Source: Candidatus Poribacteria bacterium
Lineage (GTDB): Bacteria > Poribacteria > WGA-4E > WGA-3G
Length of the DNA stretch: 64,000 nucleotides
NCBI GenBank assembly: GCA_009841255.1
Contig: VXMD01000038.1
Span: forward strand, 6,177 to 70,176
Reading direction: 5' to 3'
The notes under the pieces were generated by a model. That model was not told where the DNA came from. It saw only the letters and a program-made list of their open reading frames with translations, and searched no databases. The translations under genes and the position numbers were made by a program. Position 1 is the first letter of the stretch. The number at the start of each line of letters is the position of its first letter. Below are positions 36,128 through 45,946 of the stretch, piece by piece.

Positions 36128-36841
36128 CTAATAAAGACTTTTGATGCGTCCCCACTGGATTAATTTTTGTTGCCGAGTCGGTTCGATCCTCGCCGTGAAA
36201 GCAAGATCGGGAAGGTCCTGGTTTTCTTCGGTGAAACCTTCAGGTGCCCAGGCGATTTTATGTCGAAGATGTCCACTATCGACATCGTTATAGGCGATGA
36301 AGAACCCAATACTATTGCCCTTCCTTGCGAGATTATCGAGACGAAAACTTAACTCACACGTCTGTCCATCGTTGCCCCATTCGACTCGCGTCAACGGTGA
36401 TTTTAGCGTCCCCATCTCTTTTTCAATCGGGATATCAAAACGGTAGAGGTCTTCCATTCTGCCCGAGTGATGTGGATCCACGTAAACGATAAGATGATCC
36501 TCGCGCAGCAGCTTCCGTTGCCGGTTCTCCAGTTGGTCGTCGATTAATTTAACCCCGACATAAAGGAAACCGTTTCGCCACACAGCGGCGAAGGTTCCTG
36601 TAAAATCGGGCGATTCGCGCCAGCGGTCTCCACTCATCAAGTTCTGTTCGAGTTTCCCAAGAACCGCTCGATCCCAAGCAGGATCGTCAAGATATCCATC
36701 TACGATCGGTGCAACCGGTGCGAGTTCTGCATTATATTGAAAATTTTGAAGGTTTCTACCTGTGACATGCCCTAATGCATAAGATGCCGTAATAATCAGC
36801 AGGAGGGTAGCTATCGCAAGTATCTGTTTGTTAAAGTTCAT
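36128..36841 (-). CDS. Secreted CBM9/DOMON-like carbohydrate-binding-domain protein.
   Basis: Signal peptide MNFNKQILAIATLLLIITASYA. Motifs DGYLDDPAWDRA...WRNGFLYVGVKLID are typical of CBM9-like modules. Confidence 0.5.
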   Translation of the reverse strand: MNFNKQILAIATLLLIITASYALGHVTGRNLQNFQYNAELAPVAPIVDGYLDDPAWDRAVLGKLEQNLMSGDRWRESPDFTGTFAAVWRNGFLYVGVKLIDDQLENRQRKLLREDHLIVYVDPHHSGRMEDLYRFDIPIEKEMGTLKSPLTRVEWGNDGQTCELSFRLDNLARKGNSIGFFIAYNDVDSGHLRHKIAWAPEGFTEENQDLPDLAFTARIEPTRQQKLIQWGRIKSLY

Positions 36842-37138
36842 AAACTCCTCCCTTCCCAGGATAGCCTGTAGGATCGGATTTTATGTGCGATTGGATTTCA
36901 AGGCACGCTATGCCGCTCTGTACGTGAGGAATTTTATCTACGCACTCAGTAATGAACGCTATTCTATTATTACCGCGCGGACACATGTTGTAAACATACC
37001 AACGCGAATTTAAACATTTTGTCGCGCCTATCACCTATTTCTTCATTATATAGTATATCTTAATCGCAATTATTTATCCAATTAAAATTTGGTACGAACG
37101 CATTCATGGTTCAGAAATAGGTGTTTTTTTAAATTCAG

Positions 37139-37167
37139 TTGAAATTTGGGAAAAAATTTGTTATACT
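37139..37167 (+). promoter_or_regulatory. Sigma70 promoter TTGAAA-N17-TATACT upstream of ftsH.
   Basis: Hexamers and 17-nt spacing read from the sequence, ~80 nt upstream of the ftsH start. Confidence 0.5.
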
Positions 37168-37245
37168 TTTAAACGTAAACGAAATAAATGCAATACGTTT
37201 TGAAATCAATTTTTTATAAGTGCTCAGAATTTAACAGAGAGGCAA

Positions 37246-39168
37246 TTGGTTGTGAATAAAAGTACAAGAAGCATGGTGATTTGGTGGGTAGTTGTTGCCG
37301 GACTCGTCGTCCTCGGCATTTACCAGCTATTCAACCGCAGAGATCCAGTGTATCAGCTGGCGACCTCTGATTTTCATCAATACATAACGCGCGGTTCATC
37401 CCTGTTCGAAGGATACTTGGTTTTAGATGAAGAATGGGTTGAAGGACAATTTAATAAAAATAGACTCAATGAGATCCGCACCGAAATCCTGCAGAGCATA
37501 GATCCTAAAGACCAAGAAACCCATCTCCCGCCAAAGTGGCAAGGCGAATTTAGAGCAAGCCGCGATGCCATCGATGATTATGACATCCAAGCGAAACTTG
37601 ACGAGTTTGGCATTAATTATAACGTCAAGCCCCCGTCTAAATTCCCACAAGGCTTGCTTATTTTTGGGACAACCGTTGTACCACTCCTTATTTTCTTAGG
37701 ATTGATGATTTTCCTGTCGCGTCAGATGCAGGGGAGCGGCAATCGGGCTCTATCTTTTGGTAAAAGCCGTGCCAGACTCCACTCCGAGAACCAAACGAAA
37801 GTGACATTTGAGGATGTCGCCGGTGTCGATGAGGCGAAAGAAGCACTTGAGGAAGTTATCGAATTTCTGAAGGCACCGAAAAAATTTGAACGGCTCGGCG
37901 GCAAAATCCCTAAAGGTGTCCTCCTTATGGGACCGCCAGGCACCGGTAAAACAATGCTTGCCCAAGCTGTTGCGGGTGAAGCAGACGTCCCTTTCTACAG
38001 TATTAGCGGCTCAGACTTCGTCGAAATGTTCGTGGGTGTAGGCGCGTCCCGTGTCAGAGACCTGTTTGAAACTGGGAAGAAGAATGCCCCTTGTATTATT
38101 TTTATTGATGAGTTAGATGCTGTGGGCAGACATCGTGGGGCTGGTATCGGCGGTGGGCACGATGAACGCGAACAAACCTTAAACCAGCTCCTCGTTGAGA
38201 TGCAAGGTTTTGAGGCATCCGAAGGTGTAATCCTCATCGCCGCGACAAACCGTCCCGACGTTTTAGATCCCGCCCTCCTGCGTCCGGGGCGATTTGACCG
38301 ACAGATTGTTGTTGACTTGCCGGACGTTCGCGGTAGGGAAGCGATCCTCAAGGTCCATACAAAGCACCCTTATAAACTCGCTGAGAACGTTGATTTGGAA
38401 ATCTTAGCGAAGGCAACACCCGGGTTCTCAGGGGCAGACCTTGAGAATATGGCAAACGAAGCCGCCCTGCTTGCCGCACGATGTGACAAAGAAGAAATCG
38501 ACATGATGTGCTTCGACGACGCCAAAGATCGTGTGCTTATGGGACCCGAACGGCGGAGTCTCGTCATTAGCGATGAAGAAAGGCGAGTTACGGCGTATCA
38601 CGAAGCGGGACACGCCCTTATGCTACACTTCGTCCCAGAAAGCGATCCAAACTACAAGTGCACTATTGTTCCACGCGGTCGGGCTCTTGGGGTCACAGCG
38701 AAACTTCCTCTCGAAGAACGGCACAATATGAGCAAAAAACGGCTCCTCGCCCATATCATTTTTGCCCTCGGCGGCAGAGTTGCTGAAGAAATTATATTTG
38801 GCGAACAGACGACCGGCGCGCAAAACGATTTTGAGCAAGCGACAAGCCTCGCACGCCGAATGGTTACACAGTGGGGGATGAGCCACATGGGACCTCTCAC
38901 CTACGGTAGACGCGACGAACAGGTCTTCCTCGGTAAAGAATTAAGTGTCCATCAGGATTATAGTGAAAAAACTGCCATTGAAATCGACAAAGCGGTCCAT
39001 GATATCGTAACGGAGTGTTATAATAAGGCACGAGAAATCCTGGACACGAACCTTGAAGGCTTAAAGCTACTCGCCGACGCATTATTAGAACGCGAAACGC
39101 TTGTCACTGAAGAGATTGATGAGATCCTCGGACCCCGGCCACAACTACCCGCGAAACCGATCGTATGA
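37246..39168 (+). CDS. ftsH: ATP-dependent zinc metalloprotease FtsH.
   Basis: N-terminal TM. Walker A GPPGTGKT. Walker [38 protein letters not shown] zinc motif. Confidence 0.95.
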   Translation: MVVNKSTRSMVIWWVVVAGLVVLGIYQLFNRRDPVYQLATSDFHQYITRGSSLFEGYLVLDEEWVEGQFNKNRLNEIRTEILQSIDPKDQETHLPPKWQGEFRASRDAIDDYDIQAKLDEFGINYNVKPPSKFPQGLLIFGTTVVPLLIFLGLMIFLSRQMQGSGNRALSFGKSRARLHSENQTKVTFEDVAGVDEAKEALEEVIEFLKAPKKFERLGGKIPKGVLLMGPPGTGKTMLAQAVAGEADVPFYSISGSDFVEMFVGVGASRVRDLFETGKKNAPCIIFIDELDAVGRHRGAGIGGGHDEREQTLNQLLVEMQGFEASEGVILIAATNRPDVLDPALLRPGRFDRQIVVDLPDVRGREAILKVHTKHPYKLAENVDLEILAKATPGFSGADLENMANEAALLAARCDKEEIDMMCFDDAKDRVLMGPERRSLVISDEERRVTAYHEAGHALMLHFVPESDPNYKCTIVPRGRALGVTAKLPLEERHNMSKKRLLAHIIFALGGRVAEEIIFGEQTTGAQNDFEQATSLARRMVTQWGMSHMGPLTYGRRDEQVFLGKELSVHQDYSEKTAIEIDKAVHDIVTECYNKAREILDTNLEGLKLLADALLERETLVTEEIDEILGPRPQLPAKPIV

Positions 39169-39989
39169 ACTGTCGTGGCAAACCGCTCACTTTCGGTCAA
39201 CGGACACATGTAATGGGCATCTTGAACGTTACACCCGATTCCTTTTCTGACGGAGGGTGTTATCTTGATGTCGAACGGGCGGTCGCATATGCCGAACAGA
39301 TGGCTGCGGAAGGTGCGACCCTCATTGATATTGGAGGAGAATCATCCCGCCCTGGGGCATCTCCGGTGTCCGTCAACGAGGAATTAACGCGAATCCTACC
39401 CGTCATTCATGCTATCGTTGACACTGTTGATGTTCTTCTTTCCGTTGACACATATAAAGCCGAGGTGGCTCGTCACGCACTTGAAGCCGGTGCCCATCTT
39501 ATCAATGACATCACAGCGTTGCGTGGGGATACAGCAATGACAGCGGTTGTATCAGAAATGGAAGCGGGACTCATTCTGATGCACATGAAAGGCACACCGC
39601 GCACGATGCAACAAGCCCCTCAATATGACGATGTCGTCAGCGAGATCTGTGATTCACTTCAGAAGCGTATCGACACTGCCGAATCCGAAGGTATTCGCAC
39701 CGATCGCATCATTATCGACCCAGGGATCGGATTTGGCAAGACGATAGAACACAACCTTGAAATCCTAAAACGCCTCGCGGAATTCCGAGGGCTACACAAA
39801 CCGCTACTTGTTGGAACGTCACGGAAATCATTTATCGGTAACATTTTAGACCTTCCTGTGACCGAGCGCGTTGAAGGAACAACCGCGACGGTGTGTTGGG
39901 CTATCGCACACGGCGCGGATATTGTGCGCGTCCACGACGTCAAAGCAAACGTTCGTGCCGCCCAAATGACGGATGCACTTTATAGATAA
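39165..39989 (+). CDS. folP: Dihydropteroate synthase.
   Basis: HVMGILNVTPDSFSDGG and GATLIDIGGESSRPG. Overlaps the ftsH stop by 4 nt, indicating an operon. Confidence 0.9.
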   Translation: MNCRGKPLTFGQRTHVMGILNVTPDSFSDGGCYLDVERAVAYAEQMAAEGATLIDIGGESSRPGASPVSVNEELTRILPVIHAIVDTVDVLLSVDTYKAEVARHALEAGAHLINDITALRGDTAMTAVVSEMEAGLILMHMKGTPRTMQQAPQYDDVVSEICDSLQKRIDTAESEGIRTDRIIIDPGIGFGKTIEHNLEILKRLAEFRGLHKPLLVGTSRKSFIGNILDLPVTERVEGTTATVCWAIAHGADIVRVHDVKANVRAAQMTDALYR

Positions 39990-39993
39990 TCTG

Positions 39994-40389
39994 ATGTACC
40001 AGCAAAAAATTCAAGGAATCGGTATTGATATTGTTGAAGTCGAACGGATCCGAGACGCCTCCCGCCGGTGGGGGGCGCGGTTTGAACAACGGGTTTACAC
40101 ACAGCAAGAGCTCGCTTATTGTGGAGATACGCCGTCTCGATACTGGCGGCTTGCCGCTCGTTTTGCTGCGAAAGAGGCAACGCTCAAAGCACTCGGTACA
40201 GGCTTAACGACAGGTATGCGCTGGCAAGATGTCGAGATTCGGGCGAATAGTATAGGAAAACCGGAACTTATCCTACACGGCGAAGTCCAACGCTACGCAC
40301 AGGAGCGCAATATTAGCGCATCTTTCGTCTCTATGTCCCATACAAATGATTATGCTGTCGCACAAGTTACACTCTGTTCCACGAGGTAA
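39994..40389 (+). CDS. acpS: Holo-[acyl-carrier-protein] synthase.
   Basis: GIGIDIVEVERI and RFAAKEATLKALGTG. Confidence 0.85.
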   Translation: MYQQKIQGIGIDIVEVERIRDASRRWGARFEQRVYTQQELAYCGDTPSRYWRLAARFAAKEATLKALGTGLTTGMRWQDVEIRANSIGKPELILHGEVQRYAQERNISASFVSMSHTNDYAVAQVTLCSTR

Positions 40390-40392
40390 GAA

Positions 40393-41505
40393 GTGAAATA
40401 CGTCCAAAATTGTATAGCGACTGTCCTATCGTGCATAGTAAGCCTCTCTTTCCTTTTAAGCGGTACCCCCTCAATGGCAAACACAAGAGCATCTGCCGAT
40501 GGATTCCTTAAAGAGTTGCTTGGCGCCGAACATTATGGGATGGGCGGAAGTTTTGTCGGCGCGACCCGCGGTGCGAACGCTTTGGGGAGTAACCCTGCGG
40601 GTGTCAGTGAAACAGAGGGAAACCGATTTGTTGTTCACGCAACCCGTTTCCCACGCACTATCGCCCTGCTTTCCAAACCGAACCGAGATGCGAATTATGA
40701 GGATTATAGCCGGTACGAGCAGCACTCGTCCGGTGTTGAAACTTTAAATTGGGCATTCCCAATGGGCAGATTCGGAACGCTTGGATTGGGATTCGCTTTT
40801 GAACAAGCCGGCGCGTTTCGCCGAGTGGACTACCTTGGAAAGGCTCTTAACAGTTTTCCTGAAAATAATCTTGCGCTCGGTCTCAGTTACGGAGTAAATC
40901 TATTCGGTGGCACAGTCGTCGGGGTTGACACGAAATGGTTGCGCTCTAAGGTAATCGACACCACTGGCAAGGAAGACATCGGACACGGATATGCCTATAA
41001 CGTCGGTCTTATCCAACAGATTGGAAAGGCAATTCAGATAGGCGCAGTCGTCCAAAATTTAAGTAATGGACTCTCGTTTTCTGATCCGTCTATTCCGGAT
41101 ACAATGGAACGCAGTATTGTAACCGGTATCGCATACCAGCGTGAAATATCGGACGTGGCTTTGAGGTTCGGTTTAGACGCGCACCCCCCTTTCGACGACG
41201 GTCTTCGAGTAAATATCGGGGCTGAAGCCTGGTATCGCTACCGAATTGGGATTAGAATTGGGTACCTCAGAGATACACAAAAACGTTACACATCGGTGTT
41301 TCTTTTGCAAGACACTTCGTTTGAGACGGAAGAACGGCTCTGGAAAGCAGAAGGACTCTGCTTCGGAATCGGTTTCAGATTCGGAAACATCATCTTCAAT
41401 GCCGCATATACGCCGCAATTTACACCGGTTGTGATAGATGAAGAACGTATCCATATCGTACAAGGGAAAGCCGTGTATGCCTTTTCGATAGGGCAAACTT
41501 TTTAG
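40393..41505 (+). CDS. Putative outer-membrane beta-barrel protein (hypothetical).
   Basis: Signal peptide. Alternating amphipathic segments. C-terminal ...AFSIGQTF with a terminal Phe. Confidence 0.45.
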   Translation: MKYVQNCIATVLSCIVSLSFLLSGTPSMANTRASADGFLKELLGAEHYGMGGSFVGATRGANALGSNPAGVSETEGNRFVVHATRFPRTIALLSKPNRDANYEDYSRYEQHSSGVETLNWAFPMGRFGTLGLGFAFEQAGAFRRVDYLGKALNSFPENNLALGLSYGVNLFGGTVVGVDTKWLRSKVIDTTGKEDIGHGYAYNVGLIQQIGKAIQIGAVVQNLSNGLSFSDPSIPDTMERSIVTGIAYQREISDVALRFGLDAHPPFDDGLRVNIGAEAWYRYRIGIRIGYLRDTQKRYTSVFLLQDTSFETEERLWKAEGLCFGIGFRFGNIIFNAAYTPQFTPVVIDEERIHIVQGKAVYAFSIGQTF

Positions 41506-41528
41506 CAATTAAGCTACCATCGTGATGT

Positions 41529-42122
41529 ATGTCTGACCAATATAAAACGATAGTAGGAATCTCGCACGCGTCGCACGTTGTAAAGAAATCTCGATTTCTG
41601 GGAGAAGCGACGGCTATCTATACCCAAGCAGCAGTGAAAGATTTTCTGAGTCAAGTACAAGAACGAAGCCCACGGGCATCACACTACTGCTATGCTTACA
41701 TCATTGGCAGCGATGTCACACTGCGTGAGTATGCTACAGATGCAGGAGAACCTACGCATTCTGCCGGTCCGCCTATTCTTTCAGCGATTCGCGCTTTTGG
41801 CGTGTCCAATGTTATCTGTGTCGTCACTCGATATTATGGGGGTATCAACCTCGGTATCGGTGGATTAATTCGCGCTTACGGTCAATGTGCAAGGGAATGC
41901 CTCCAAAATGCGACAATTGAAAACCGTATCTTTTACCAAAACATGTATCTAAAGGTCAAATATCCGGACATCGGGACTGTCGTCACTCTGTGCAAACGCG
42001 TTGGCGGAAAAGTCATAGATATAAAATATGAGCCAGATCCGATTATCCAGATGCAGATTCGGCAAAACGCGCTCGAACCCTTCCAAGCACAACTTCAAGG
42101 TCTTGGAATCGTCAAGCGATAG
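41529..42122 (+). CDS. YigZ/IMPACT-family protein (UPF0029).
   Basis: KSRFLGEA, H.CYAY and DAGEPTHSAGPPIL...VVTRYYGGINLGIGGLIRAY. Confidence 0.8.
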   Translation: MSDQYKTIVGISHASHVVKKSRFLGEATAIYTQAAVKDFLSQVQERSPRASHYCYAYIIGSDVTLREYATDAGEPTHSAGPPILSAIRAFGVSNVICVVTRYYGGINLGIGGLIRAYGQCARECLQNATIENRIFYQNMYLKVKYPDIGTVVTLCKRVGGKVIDIKYEPDPIIQMQIRQNALEPFQAQLQGLGIVKR

Positions 42123-42152
42123 GGGCTATCTAGTTTTCATGGGAGGAGGTTC

Positions 42153-42596
42153 ATGATGACGAACATTGATATAAAGTACACAACAACACACGAATGGATT
42201 GAATTTCTCAGTTCAAGGGAGTGTAATGTTGGGATTACCGAACAGATTCAAGAGATTTACAGTAGTATCATTTTTATAGAGTTACCGGTTCTTGGCGAAT
42301 ATGAACAGGGTGAAATTATTGGACGCCTTGAGACATCAGACGGAAGAAATTTCTATATTTATGCCCCTGTAACCGGCGAAGTTTACGAAATCAACGCGGC
42401 TCTTGAAGATGATGTTGAACTCCTTAACCGTTTTCCAGAAGGAGATGGATGGATTTGTAAATTCCGGCTTGAGAATCCAAATGAAATAGACACGCTCCTC
42501 AACCGGAAAGAATACGAAGCACATGAAGAAGAAGAACTCAACGAAGACGAGTACTTGCCAGAAACGAATTTTTACGATAACATTGAGGACTATTGA
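42153..42596 (+). CDS. Glycine-cleavage H-protein (GcvH)-like protein lacking the lipoyl-lysine, with an acidic C-terminal tail.
   Basis: Aligns with GcvH (HEW...VGIT...IYAPVTGEV.EIN...GDGW..K..L). The position of the lipoylated K in ESVKA is occupied by ETSDG (K to D). Confidence 0.7.
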   Translation: MMTNIDIKYTTTHEWIEFLSSRECNVGITEQIQEIYSSIIFIELPVLGEYEQGEIIGRLETSDGRNFYIYAPVTGEVYEINAALEDDVELLNRFPEGDGWICKFRLENPNEIDTLLNRKEYEAHEEEELNEDEYLPETNFYDNIEDY

Positions 42597-43528
42597 GTCG
42601 AGGTAATAAAAATACGCCGTACAATGCTCAATTTTGGTACTGGCAGAACAGTCTCAATTTGGTAACCAAGGTCGGTCAGTATTTTACTGATATCCCGGAG
42701 ATCAATGAACGCCGCTCTCGGGGCACCTGTCCGTAAATTTGACAAAATTTCTATCTCTTGCGTGCTGTCTCTGACCAAATTAATGCCGTAGGGCAGATCT
42801 GTTGCAATAGCGTCATACCGCCCCTCAATTTGTCTCGCATCACCGAGTGCTACGTCTGCTGAGAGTCCGAAATGCTGAAGATTTTTCGTCGTTGCCCCAA
42901 TCATGCGGGGATTGATATCGTAGCCAACTGCGTGGATGCCGCTATGTGCCGCAGACATCACAATAGTGCCGGTTCCACAGCACGGGTCAAGCAGACGATC
43001 TCCTGGAGACGCCACTAAATTAACGAGCACACGTGCAAGCCGAGCCGGTAACGAACTCGATGTCACATACGGACGTTGGTTATGTGAAAGCCAAACGCCA
43101 TCAGACTTGGAAAGGAGTCGTCCAAACCACATTTTATCAGCCGTCACAACTGTTAGAAAAGTCGTTCGTGGTTGACATAGATTTGCACGCCCACCGATGG
43201 CATTTCCAACGTCCCGCGCGAGGGTCATAGAGTTTATCTTCAGATTGCGGGGCTTTTTTTCAACAGAAACTCGAAATTCGTCGGCGTGTAAACCTATGGA
43301 CCTAATGTTCGCGCAAAGTTCAGTGAGACGGGTTGATTCAAAAAGGATTTCACTGCAACTTTTCAGATACGCACCCCGACGGACATCAACGCACCTGTCT
43401 GAAATCGCGATACCCTTCGTATCTGGCGCGGATCCTGTCAGAGCGACGCATTCCGCAGCCACTAACGCTGTGAGTCCTTGCGGAGTCGCCGTGAGATAAA
43501 GGTATTTAGGCATTGCTTTCACACTCAT
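42590..43528 (-). CDS. THUMP-domain SAM-dependent RNA (guanine-N2/adenine-N6) methyltransferase (RlmL/Trm14-like).
   Basis: SAM motif LLDPCCGTGTIVMSAA. Catalytic DLPYG. Confidence 0.75.
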   Translation of the reverse strand: MSVKAMPKYLYLTATPQGLTALVAAECVALTGSAPDTKGIAISDRCVDVRRGAYLKSCSEILFESTRLTELCANIRSIGLHADEFRVSVEKKPRNLKINSMTLARDVGNAIGGRANLCQPRTTFLTVVTADKMWFGRLLSKSDGVWLSHNQRPYVTSSSLPARLARVLVNLVASPGDRLLDPCCGTGTIVMSAAHSGIHAVGYDINPRMIGATTKNLQHFGLSADVALGDARQIEGRYDAIATDLPYGINLVRDSTQEIEILSNLRTGAPRAAFIDLRDISKILTDLGYQIETVLPVPKLSIVRRIFITSTQ

Positions 43529-43579
43529 TTATATTACTCTTTGAAGAAAAACTACAATCCAATATTAAAAAGGAATACT

Positions 43580-44419
43580 ATGTCACAGACAGAAAAAATT
43601 CGGATTGGACACAGCCCAGACTCCGATGATGCTTTTATGTTCTATGCCCTTGCCAAAGGGGTGATTCCGACTGGTCCCTACGAGATTGTTCACGTTATTG
43701 AAGATATTGAAACTCTTAACCAACGCGCACTTGCCGCAGAACTTGAGGTTACAGCAATCTCCGTTCACGCCTACGCTTACGTCGCGAAGGATTATGTGTT
43801 CATGCCTTGCGGCGCGAGTATTGGCGATCGGTACGGTCCGCTTGTTGTTTCCAAGACACCGATAGACACACTCGCCGGTAAACGTATTGCTATTCCCGGC
43901 AAAATGACGACCGCCTATCTCACACTTAGCCTCTTCCAGCCAGATTTTGAGGCAGAGCCCCGTCCCTTTGATAAAATATTGGATGCCGTCCAACAGGATG
44001 AAGTAGATGCCGGACTCATTATCCATGAGGGACAGTTAACTTACGCACGTGAGGGGCTTCACAAAGTCATTGATTTGGGGGAGTGGTGGTATGAGGAAAC
44101 CGGACTCCCGTTGCCTCTCGGTGCCAATGTGATTCGTCGCAACCTCGGCACTGAAAAAATCCGCAAAATAACAGCATTACTTAAACAGAGCATACAATAC
44201 TCACTCGAACATCGAGAACGCGGGTTAGAATACGCCATGACTTACGCACGCGACATGGAGACCGCGCTCGCCGATAAATTTGTAGGCATGTACGTCAATG
44301 ATTACACGCTTGATTACGGAGAAAAGGGTAGAGCAGGTGTGCGAGAATTGCTTCACCGCGGTAACGCCGCTGGGATTATTCCACATCGTGTAGATGCTGA
44401 TTTCGTCTCACTTGAATAG
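43580..44419 (+). CDS. MqnA/MqnD-family protein (futalosine-pathway 1,4-dihydroxy-6-naphthoate synthase-like).
   Basis: ATG at 43580 with AAAAGGA RBS. N-terminus IRIGHSPDSDDAFMFYALAKG resembles the MqnD LGFSPCPNDTFIFYAL motif. Confidence 0.55.
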   Translation: MSQTEKIRIGHSPDSDDAFMFYALAKGVIPTGPYEIVHVIEDIETLNQRALAAELEVTAISVHAYAYVAKDYVFMPCGASIGDRYGPLVVSKTPIDTLAGKRIAIPGKMTTAYLTLSLFQPDFEAEPRPFDKILDAVQQDEVDAGLIIHEGQLTYAREGLHKVIDLGEWWYEETGLPLPLGANVIRRNLGTEKIRKITALLKQSIQYSLEHRERGLEYAMTYARDMETALADKFVGMYVNDYTLDYGEKGRAGVRELLHRGNAAGIIPHRVDADFVSLE

Positions 44420-44723
44420 CTTCTTCGTTTTGTTTGTATCATGGTGGGATCCCATATCTCACCATTTTGATATATTCACGAACATCATGGATGCAAAACG
44501 CCGCAGATATTTCCACTTAGAAAATATTGATGGTAAGAGACTCGCCTACGGGGTTCTTTATGATGAAGGAAACGTACAAATCCTATGGCGCGACGATTGT
44601 GGGCATACAGCAGAACAGTATGCCTCCATTAATCTGGTATTAGATTTGATGCCAGGGGTTATTGTGCTGCGCTTTGAGGACGATGCGGCGAAAAAAGATT
44701 AGAAGATGGGGAAGTCGGAACAT

Positions 44724-45599
44724 TCAGCGAAGCCGCCGATCCGCCAATTTGATAATTTCTCCGTTCTCCTGTGCAATGTACATATAGCCGAGTCCGTCTA
44801 ACACCACTCCTTCCTGTTCGTCACCCGGTAAGAGGTATTGCCTTAGAATAGTGCCTTCGCGTTTGAGTTCCACCAAGAGGTTGGTTGTATCGCTGATTAA
44901 TACCAGAAAATCGCCTTGAGTATCGTAAGCCAAGCCTGAAATGTCAATGAAGTTCATTTTGTAAGCGTGGATGATCTCTCCGTCTGCCCGTTTTGCTGTT
45001 GTGGAACGTAGTGGCACGACGACTTCGCATACGACCGAGGGTTCATCTTTCGCTTTAAGACTGAAGGATTGGTTGCCGACCCAAAACGTACCGCCTTCCG
45101 GATGTGAGGCATCTGGAACGAAAGCGATCGCTTCAATACCCATGCCCCCTTTCCTGAGGAGTTGTTCGCCTTTAAAATTTCTGCCGATTCTAAATTCCCT
45201 TTGAAGCGTGAGATCTTCTGGGCCAAGTTCCAGGATCACTTCTTCGTCTTCCACAGCGGCGTACAGCAAGCCTGTCCCCGGATCCACGGTAATCCCTTCA
45301 ATGTCCCGCCCGCTTAATCCTTTCGACTGGATGAGCCGACCTTCGAGACTTACCTCATGGACACTCCCTGAATCATCAGCAATAAACAGACTCCGTCGAG
45401 TTGGGTGGTAGGTGATACCAGAGGGCTCCGCTATCTGTTTTTGCGTTATATTCCCAACCCAATTATACGGAAGTGGGACTGGACGTGAGGCGACTGTTTC
45501 TTTTCTCACCGATTGCTCCATTCGGACGAGAAAATATACTAATGCGATACATATAACCGTGATTAAAAAAATCAGAAACACTCTTGTGTAAGACATCAC
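44724..45599 (-). CDS. Membrane-anchored YjiK/SdiA-regulated-like six-bladed beta-propeller protein.
   Basis: N-terminal TM. EPSGITYHP...LFIADDSG...DIEGITVDPGTG pattern. Confidence 0.5.
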   Translation of the reverse strand: MMSYTRVFLIFLITVICIALVYFLVRMEQSVRKETVASRPVPLPYNWVGNITQKQIAEPSGITYHPTRRSLFIADDSGSVHEVSLEGRLIQSKGLSGRDIEGITVDPGTGLLYAAVEDEEVILELGPEDLTLQREFRIGRNFKGEQLLRKGGMGIEAIAFVPDASHPEGGTFWVGNQSFSLKAKDEPSVVCEVVVPLRSTTAKRADGEIIHAYKMNFIDISGLAYDTQGDFLVLISDTTNLLVELKREGTILRQYLLPGDEQEGVVLDGLGYMYIAQENGEIIKLADRRLR

Positions 45600-45730
45600 A
45601 TTCCCTCCATCTTACATTTTCAAAGAGTTTTTTCCAAGGCTCTTATCTATACTTTATCATATCCTCTCCAGAAATGCAAGAAAAATAGGCGGATCTATTA
45701 ATTTTAATGCTACAAGATCGTTACCGCATC

Positions 45731-45759
45731 TTGACATCCAGAAGAATTTAGGTTATAAT
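45731..45759 (+). promoter_or_regulatory. Perfect consensus sigma70 promoter TTGACA-N17-TATAAT, ~190 nt upstream of the beta-gamma-crystallin gene.
   Basis: cTTGACAtccagaagaatttaggtTATAATg read from the sequence. Confidence 0.6.
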
Positions 45760-45864
45760 GTGGAAAAGGTGGCGCATAGGTATTCAGGCAATCAATTGAG
45801 CAAGATTGAGAAGTTCTCAATTGGGTATTGAAATGATTGGCGGCAAGTTCTTGATGTTTTCCCT

Positions 45865-45893
45865 TGACAAACCACTTTTGCTAATGATATTTT
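45865..45893 (+). promoter_or_regulatory. Second putative promoter TTGACA-N17-TATTTT (with TGn, extended -10-like) proximal to the same gene.
   Basis: ccTTGACAaaccacttttgctaaTGaTATTTTaat. Confidence 0.4.
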
Positions 45894-45946
45894 AATTAAA
45901 CTTGCGATTTCGTTTGCGAGTCACGCCTGAAAACAAGGAGCGGCTT

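Noticed and set aside
43580-44419. Calling the MqnA/MqnD-family gene as evidence of a complete futalosine pathway
   Set aside because: Only one pathway gene is present in the window. The canonical SPCPND motif is altered to SPDSDD, so the function is uncertain.
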